DNA of 64,000 nucleotides, from assembly GCA_024704765.1 (NCBI GenBank), contig JAKMXF010000309.1, forward strand, positions 221,204 through 285,203. The letters run 5' to 3'. Every line of letters starts with the position of its first letter. Within the stretch, counting starts at the first letter, position 1. Made by a program: the position numbers and the translations under genes. The notes beneath the pieces are model-generated. The model had not been told where the DNA came from. It worked only from the letters and a program-made list of their open reading frames with translations, and did no database searches. Positions 57,842 to 64,000 of this stretch are shown here, piece after piece. Source of the DNA: Oopsacas minuta (Eukaryota > Animalia > Porifera).

Positions 57842-60800
57842 TTACCAAGTTTGTTCATCTCCATTTTGTGAATCAGAATCAGAATCTTGAGTTGACAGAC
57901 TTATACTTGCTACAGCTTTTAATAAAGAGGCGTGCGCGCCGTCACTCAACGAAGCACTCGGATTAATATTCAATTTGTCATTTTTTGTCGAGCGGAGCTT
58001 TACACCACTTCGGATTATCTTCATCATAGAATCGTGTGGATTTGAGGGTTTCAATGTTGATTCCATGTCTTGAGGCAGGGCTTTTCGTGCGTGTATTATA
58101 TCATTTAGTTTTTGTGATGTTTTACTGGTTGCATTTTCAATGATTTCAGTTGGTAAATCTGGTGGTGGATCTGGTATTTTGTATTTTGACGGTTCATCTT
58201 TGTTTTGTGAAGGTTTTGGGGTGTTACTCACTTGTTTTTGTTTACCTATGTTCCTTTGTGTACTATTATTCTTGTTGTTACGGATTGCACGTGGTTGGAG
58301 TTTTTTAACACCAGTGGGCCTTGCATCGATATTGGACGAATTTGTTGATATCGAGAGACTTGAATCTATATTTGGGTAACGGTGAGCCATTGAGGGAGTA
58401 ATGTTGAGCTTTTGGAGGCGTGAAGTTGATTGTGAAGGTGAAGATTCTTGAGGTTGCTGTTGGTGTCTTGTTCTCTTATTCTTAGTGTCGAGTATAGTGC
58501 CTTTACGTTGAGATGGTGGTAGGTAGCTAGAAATGACGTAATAATAATATGCAGTGATTGCACCAGTATTGACAAATCAAGAACAAAGTATTAGATATTT
58601 TGACAGGACTTTGGGCATTTGCCATGAACTTTAACTTTGACATTTGGCATGGACATGGCATGAACTTTGTACATGTAGACACATCACTGGCAAAACTGGA
58701 CTGCACAGACAAATTTGGTTATAAAATGAATATGCTGGTATATGAAAATAACCAAATTTCAGACGCGAACAAAGTTTCGGCATTTCTTACGCTGAAAGGG
58801 ATTCAATATCTCACGAACCGCTGAAAATTACTTAGAACCAAGTGGTCCGCTTTAAGAAATACAATTTGGGTGCCGTTACAGCACAATAGCCACATTCTTG
58901 ATATAAACCGTTAGCTATACCTTGGAGGTAACTTTTTCACATCTTTTGGGTTATCAGAAATCTTCTGTTTAACACGTTGTATAGTCTTGACTCTCTCTTT
59001 CTTAATTCTATCGTATTTATTAGCTGCTGTCTTGCTGTTAGCATCTTTACGCTTTTGAATAACCAATTCGGAGTAGAAGCTATCTTCTAATACAGATTGT
59101 ACTTTAGTAGCTGCTGATGATACATCTTTGCCTGAATAAGAGGAAAAGCTCAAAAGTTCATAATTCAAAGATCAGGAGGGAACAAGGCACATGCAGGCTC
59201 TGAACTCTCACGATTTCGGGTCTACACTTACCACAAAATCTTTGGTCTTTTCATAGAAAACTAATACTAAATACGATATAATTGAGATTTTTCACGGATC
59301 TCACAATTTTGAAATTACAGGTTAAAAGCCCTGCACGCGGGCAGAGATTGTATAGTGCCCTAGATGGATGGATTTGGAATTTGGAAAATATTTCACATGA
59401 CAACACATACAGAGTCGTCTCCTATTGATTTGATCAGTATCGGGGACTTTGTTACAATAAGGGGAGATCCCTTTATTAATTATTTTTTTGTAGTACATAT
59501 TTACTTTCAAGATCTTGCCAGATATAAGTACCATCCTCTGGAAAACGGTTCTCATATTCCTGTATATTTATTTTTCTTAAAAAGCACAATACTAATATAA
59601 GCTTACCAGCTTCAGTCTGAGCAGTATTTACTAATCTCTGTTTCGTTCTAAGCCTTGCTTTCTTTCTTCCCAAATTATCCATCTTCTTTCTAATCAACTC
59701 TTGAGCTTCTCTGTCATTTTCAAACAAAATAATCCTATGTTTATACATGTTTTCTTGCTCAGCGATTAACCTAAGTTTGATATCAATTAGTTGAGATTCT
59801 ATAGTGAAAACGATTGTTTCTTTTCTCTTTAAACGTTCTGAAAAGTCTTCTGTTTCCTCCATGGATACAATAGTAAGTATGTTCCGTTCTTTCGCATCCT
59901 AGACAATTAATATATGAATTTACTTAGAAATGAAGCGTTTTAGAAGGATAATTATTGGAAAGAATAGACGACATGTTCTTCTAAGTACAGTACAACCCTA
60001 TCAATCGATTTTTACTGTCTTCTCAGACCATAATATACAGTGGGTCTCGCTTATAAGAGTTTTTGGTTATGTAAGTGGGGCAATCGCGATCTCAAGGGGA
60101 GAGCAAATGTCTCCCACGCCCTGCACTGTCCGCACAAATCACGAAATTTTGTAAATCTCGCTGTCTGCGCAGATCACGTATATATTTTAGTAGTGTATAC
60201 TGTGTGACGTCAATATAGGAGCGTGCAATAAACAAACCTGTAAACAATCAATTTGTATAGATAGAAGGTTAATTAGCATATTATTAAGCTTAGCTTCCAA
60301 TTTCTGAAATCTCAGCTCTGCTCTCTCATTCCATACTCCAGTACACACTTCCTTATCAAGTCTACTTTGTTCTAGCTGTGATTCTACCAACTGAGCTAGT
60401 TCTTGTATGTGATAGATAGTCAGTTCATGGATACGAGCACTAGCCTTGAGAACCTATAGTAATATACCTTATCAATTAATGATTGAGTATGATTATTCCC
60501 CTCGTATATTCCCGTATGTACCAGGCGTAATACATACTAACATTCCTTTACTATCGAAATTGGGCCTTTTTGGCCCGCAAAATGTATGAGAAAATAAGCA
60601 AAACTCCCCCTGGGAGGTCACTACTATTCATTATAGATACAAATATTGCGCTCGAGACATATATCGAATTAGGTCACTATGAGACACTCCTCGAGATATT
60701 GGAGTGGGGATTTGCCATGGATTAGTGCAGCGGTTCCCAATCTTTTTCAGATCCTGTGGATCGGTTGGGTAACGGCAGGATTATTGGAATACAATGGAAC

Positions 60801-62074
60801 GAAATGTCGAATTCCCCGACATTCTATGACCAAATTCCGTCAATGCTACCCAACACATACTTCTTCCTCTTCTGCTCTCTCCCTCTCACACATTTCCATA
60901 AAATCCTCATCACTCAATTCACCAGCAATACTAGGATCAGATAATTCAGCTCTCAACCTATCTCTCTCTACCATACTGATATTATAATCATCTTCAAAAG
61001 GTTGTGATTCATACAAAAACATTTCTGACAACGCATGTTCTAAGTAATAATATGTTTCATCAAGTTCACTGTAGAATTCTAATAGTTCTTCTATTGTACG
61101 AATGTCTACAGATTGTTTCTTCTGTTCAAGTGTGTGTAGATTTGACCTGTATTTCTTGATGTTAGATTGATACGTGTTTCTATCAAAAGTATAGAATAAA
61201 TATAAACACTGTAGTGCTATTTCCTATTGTGGACTGGGAATATTCGCACAAATCTGTGAACTTTGATATGACCAATTGATATAAGCTTAGCATGAATTCT
61301 TGAAAGTATATGGCATTAACTTTGACCTTATACCATTGGCCAACACTGAGCTATATTAAAAATAGTTTGAACCCACCTATTCAATTCACTAAAACATTCT
61401 TCATATTTCTCCAATCTATTCTCATCACTACTACATTCATTGTTCTGACTTGAATTGTGTTCAGAATCCGCGAAAATAATCTCCATAAACAAATCGGAGG
61501 GACAGAATTGATATAAACTTGTGTAATACTCCTCTAATTCGCGGCAATTATCACTTGGCTCCCAATTTGAGCCTGATATATATGACCACAGGCCATACGT
61601 TGGGAAAGATAGACTTGGAAAATTTGGAAATAATTTCAGTTCGTCTTCAACTTCAATTCTAACATCACCATACAATTCTTGTAGGATTTTATGTCCATTC
61701 TCCATTCTCTCAATCGATAATTGTTCAGTTTGTACATTTAGAACCTCAAATTGCTGTGAAATTTCGCGATTTTGAGAACTATTTTTTAACCTAGGTTGTA
61801 ACTTTGAATTCTTTTTATCATTCAATTCTACTTTTCTACAGTTTAAGATGTACAGTTTTGGATCGGAAGTTGCATCAACTTCGAATTTATAAGAGTATTG
61901 ATTGAGGTGTAAAATTTCGGTAGAATTAGGAGATTGTACTTGTAACTGTCCAGGAATTAAACTCGGAAAATTGTCTCTAATCGCTACCCATTCATCATCA
62001 GCAGTGACGACATCATGATCAGTACTGATAGGTAGGGAATGGAAATTGTGTTCTTGAGTTAATGACTTAAACAT
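57842..62074 (-). CDS. WHAMM/JMY-like Arp2/3 nucleation-promoting factor, about 6 exons
   Basis: N-terminal EWVAIR..F and FP...GLW motifs; LLEFY..LDETY...YESQPFED; long coiled coil; short proline patch; WH2-like SMMKIIRSGVKLRST; amphipathic SLLKAVASI; acidic end DSDSDSQNGDEQTW. Confidence 0.72.
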
Positions 62075-62195
62075 ATCTGAAAGAAGTGTAATAAGTAACA
62101 AAGCAGCGGTTCCTACCCACAGACGGCAGCAGGGGGTCCATAGGATCTCAAAAATTGTATTGCCGTATATGGGAAGGAGTTCATTAGTATAGAGA

Positions 62196-63647
62196 TTAGA
62201 ACCGTGGCATTAAGGACTGGAAAGTATTATGGATTAGAGACGAAAGGAATAGTAAAGTAAGGGAAAGATTCATTACTGGAAACACGACAAAATATTTAGT
62301 GGAAAAACTAAGAAAAAATGTAGAAAAATGGATAACATAAAGTAGTAAATATCTAAGAGTATTAGAATATCTGTAGACATTCTTATTAGCTCGACTCACA
62401 ACAATAATTCTATCTTTATCATCTGCTGTAATTCCTGATGGTTCAGGAATAGAGATTTTGTGGATACATTCATATTCACAATTGAAAATACGAATAGAAC
62501 TAGAATCATTATCTGAGAATAGAATATTATCAGAATTGTCTAGAAAGAAGAACAAGGGACGTTCCACTTGCTGTCCTTCTCCTCTAGAAATGATTGAAGT
62601 AAATAGAACAAACAAAATGTGACAATTCACACTTTTAGAGAATTCTCCTTTCTGTGAGATTCTTTTAAAACAAATAAGAGGGGAGTATATTGGTTTACTC
62701 CATTTGAAGTAATATAAAGCAGATAGAATTACAATAAGAACAGTTATTAAAGTGATATGGAATAATCTATCATGGAAAATTTCTTCAGGTAAAAACCTCC
62801 AATTAACCGTCCATTTGTATAAGAATATTCGATTAAACTGAAAAGCACGGCTCATATAATTCACAGGGTAGGTCAGTAAGAAAGGGAGACCTAATATAAG
62901 CTGAGTAACAGCACAAACGGACAAGTAACAAACCGTACGAATCGGTGAATTGAACTGCAGCAATAGTACCAATAATCCAGGCGCGAAAAGTAACACATTC
63001 ATCTTAACAGACACACCTAAACTATATACTACACATCCTAACAACCATCTGTTAGATAGGAATGCATAAACAGCTGAGTAAAGAAATAGCATTGCAATCG
63101 TATCATTAAATAACCTTAGAATGTAAATTGAATGAATTCGATAAGCAGTACAACTTAGTAGCAAATACATGTACGGGGGAAGATCAGTGCTTTTCAAGTA
63201 AATGCGAAATATGACAACTAAATTTATGAGGTATATTCCGGCGAAAATATACTGTACTAGAGGTATAATACGTCCGCAATCTGTGATACTATAAAGCACA
63301 GAAAATATATAAACAAATCCAGCTGGGTATACTAAAGGACCTGTCGAACCGTTTAACTTAGCATAATCCAATGTGCCATTGATAAAACCTTCTACTTCGT
63401 GCATATAAGCTTCCCAATCTATTTCTGTATACTTCACATGATTTATCACTAGGATATTTAGTATTAACTCGATTGGCAGTAGGATAGCACAGGTCAGCCA
63501 TGAGAAAGAGGGAGAATATATGAGATCTTGGAGAAGAAAATTCTCATCGATTCCTATGTAGTTTTTGATGGAAGAGATTATGTTGAGTGCTTTTGGAGAT
63601 TTAGTGCTGGGTGTATTCTTGGTTCTGCGGGTATTACGTTTATGCAT
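62196..63647 (-). CDS. ALG3: ALG3 alpha-1,3-mannosyltransferase (residues 1 to about 351) fused in frame to an NHL-repeat fragment and a frameshifted tail
   Basis: YTEIDWEAYM, GPLVYPAGF, RIHSIYILRLFND, SVKMNVLL, YKWTVNWRF; similarity stops at LFTS and the conserved RSLHYQF region is absent. Confidence 0.85.
   Translation of the reverse strand: MHKRNTRRTKNTPSTKSPKALNIISSIKNYIGIDENFLLQDLIYSPSFSWLTCAILLPIELILNILVINHVKYTEIDWEAYMHEVEGFINGTLDYAKLNGSTGPLVYPAGFVYIFSVLYSITDCGRIIPLVQYIFAGIYLINLVVIFRIYLKSTDLPPYMYLLLSCTAYRIHSIYILRLFNDTIAMLFLYSAVYAFLSNRWLLGCVVYSLGVSVKMNVLLFAPGLLVLLLQFNSPIRTVCYLSVCAVTQLILGLPFLLTYPVNYMSRAFQFNRIFLYKWTVNWRFLPEEIFHDRLFHITLITVLIVILSALYYFKWSKPIYSPLICFKRISQKGEFSKSVNCHILFVLFTSIISRGEGQQVERPLFFFLDNSDNILFSDNDSSSIRIFNCEYECIHKISIPEPSGITADDKDRIIVVSRANKNVYRYSNTLRYLLLYVIHFSTFFLSFSTKYFVVFPVMNLSLTLLFLSSLIHNTFQSLMPRF
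62362..62597 (-). other. 3'-terminal fragment of an NHL/beta-propeller repeat gene
   Basis: SIISRGEGQQVERPLFFFLDNSDNILFSD...IRIFN...PSGITADDKDRIIVVS; the -1 frame ends TGT CTA CAG ATA TTC TAA (CLQIF*), a typical NHL C-terminus. Confidence 0.72.
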
Positions 63648-64000
63648 TGAGAATTAAAATCTTCTAATATGTGAAAATATAATTTATAAGAAGTTATTCT
63701 TATCTCCTGTCAAAATGGGCCACAGAATTAAATGAATACGAAATTTAAGGAAAATTATAAACAATAATTGTACACGAAAGGGGTTAATTGTACACAGAAG
63801 GGGTTAAGCAGAGCCTACCCTCTATTGTTAGCTTCAGATAAATAATAAATATTCGGTAATATTCAAATTAATTGACAACAATATTAACCCAAATATTCAA
63901 TAGAAATTTGCATTAAAATTTCAATAGAAATTGCATTACAGTATTAATTCAATACAAATACTATACCGTTACTATAGTAACATATATAGTGCAGGTGTTG

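Noticed and set aside
780-60987. Numerous 60-130 aa antisense or alternative-frame ORFs in the track
   Set aside because: Shadows of real CDSs or AT-rich non-coding DNA; many start at TTG or other non-ATG codons
62196-62360. Hydrophobic tail of the ALG3 fusion as a replacement for the lost ALG3 TM helices
   Set aside because: It arises from read-through into T-rich former 3' UTR, which gives F/L/I-rich peptides by composition; there is no similarity to ALG3
1-64000. CRISPR array, prokaryotic defence island, rRNA, tRNA or SL RNA gene
   Set aside because: No regularly spaced direct repeats and no recognisable structural RNA; the DNA is eukaryotic. The dispersed repeats are MITEs with TIRs. 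An SL RNA could not be identified without knowing the leader sequence.

Overview
Gene-dense, AT-rich, intron-poor animal genomic DNA. It is not prokaryotic: it has GT-AG introns and metazoan orthologues, and I saw no rRNA, tRNA or CRISPR. The compactness, intron loss, TA-CAGT MITE families and an NHL-repeat fragment suggest a sponge, probably a hexactinellid such as Oopsacas (inference only). About 25 genes, mostly on the minus strand: NDUFB9, TBC1D31, PSMD10, ARMH3, a VLIG/URGCP-type giant GTPase, YJU2, two head-to-head NDUFA4 paralogues, SMU1, a CPT1-like acyltransferase, a 7TM receptor, UNC119, TMEM192, a myosin essential light chain, three tandem Gal-3-O-sulfotransferases, La/SSB, PPWD1, GPAT3/4, a tandemly duplicated GRHPR, a nested PARP-like ADP-ribosyltransferase, RHBDD1, a WHAMM/JMY-like protein and ALG3. 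There is also a full-length DD37D (maT) transposon and many MITEs. Main findings: (1) a nested GRHPR/ART gene pair was duplicated and then decayed reciprocally, so one copy keeps the host gene and the other keeps the nested gene; (2) the intact GRHPR copy has only 36 bp of native upstream DNA, ending in a splice-acceptor-like motif; (3) acceptor-like motifs lie just upstream of most start codons and several co-directional genes are 120-340 bp apart, consistent with SL trans-splicing and operon-like transcription; (4) ALG3 is truncated and fused in frame to an NHL-repeat fragment; (5) the CPT1 lacks known malonyl-CoA-sensitivity determinants. Coordinates were read by eye and exon boundaries are approximate where stated.
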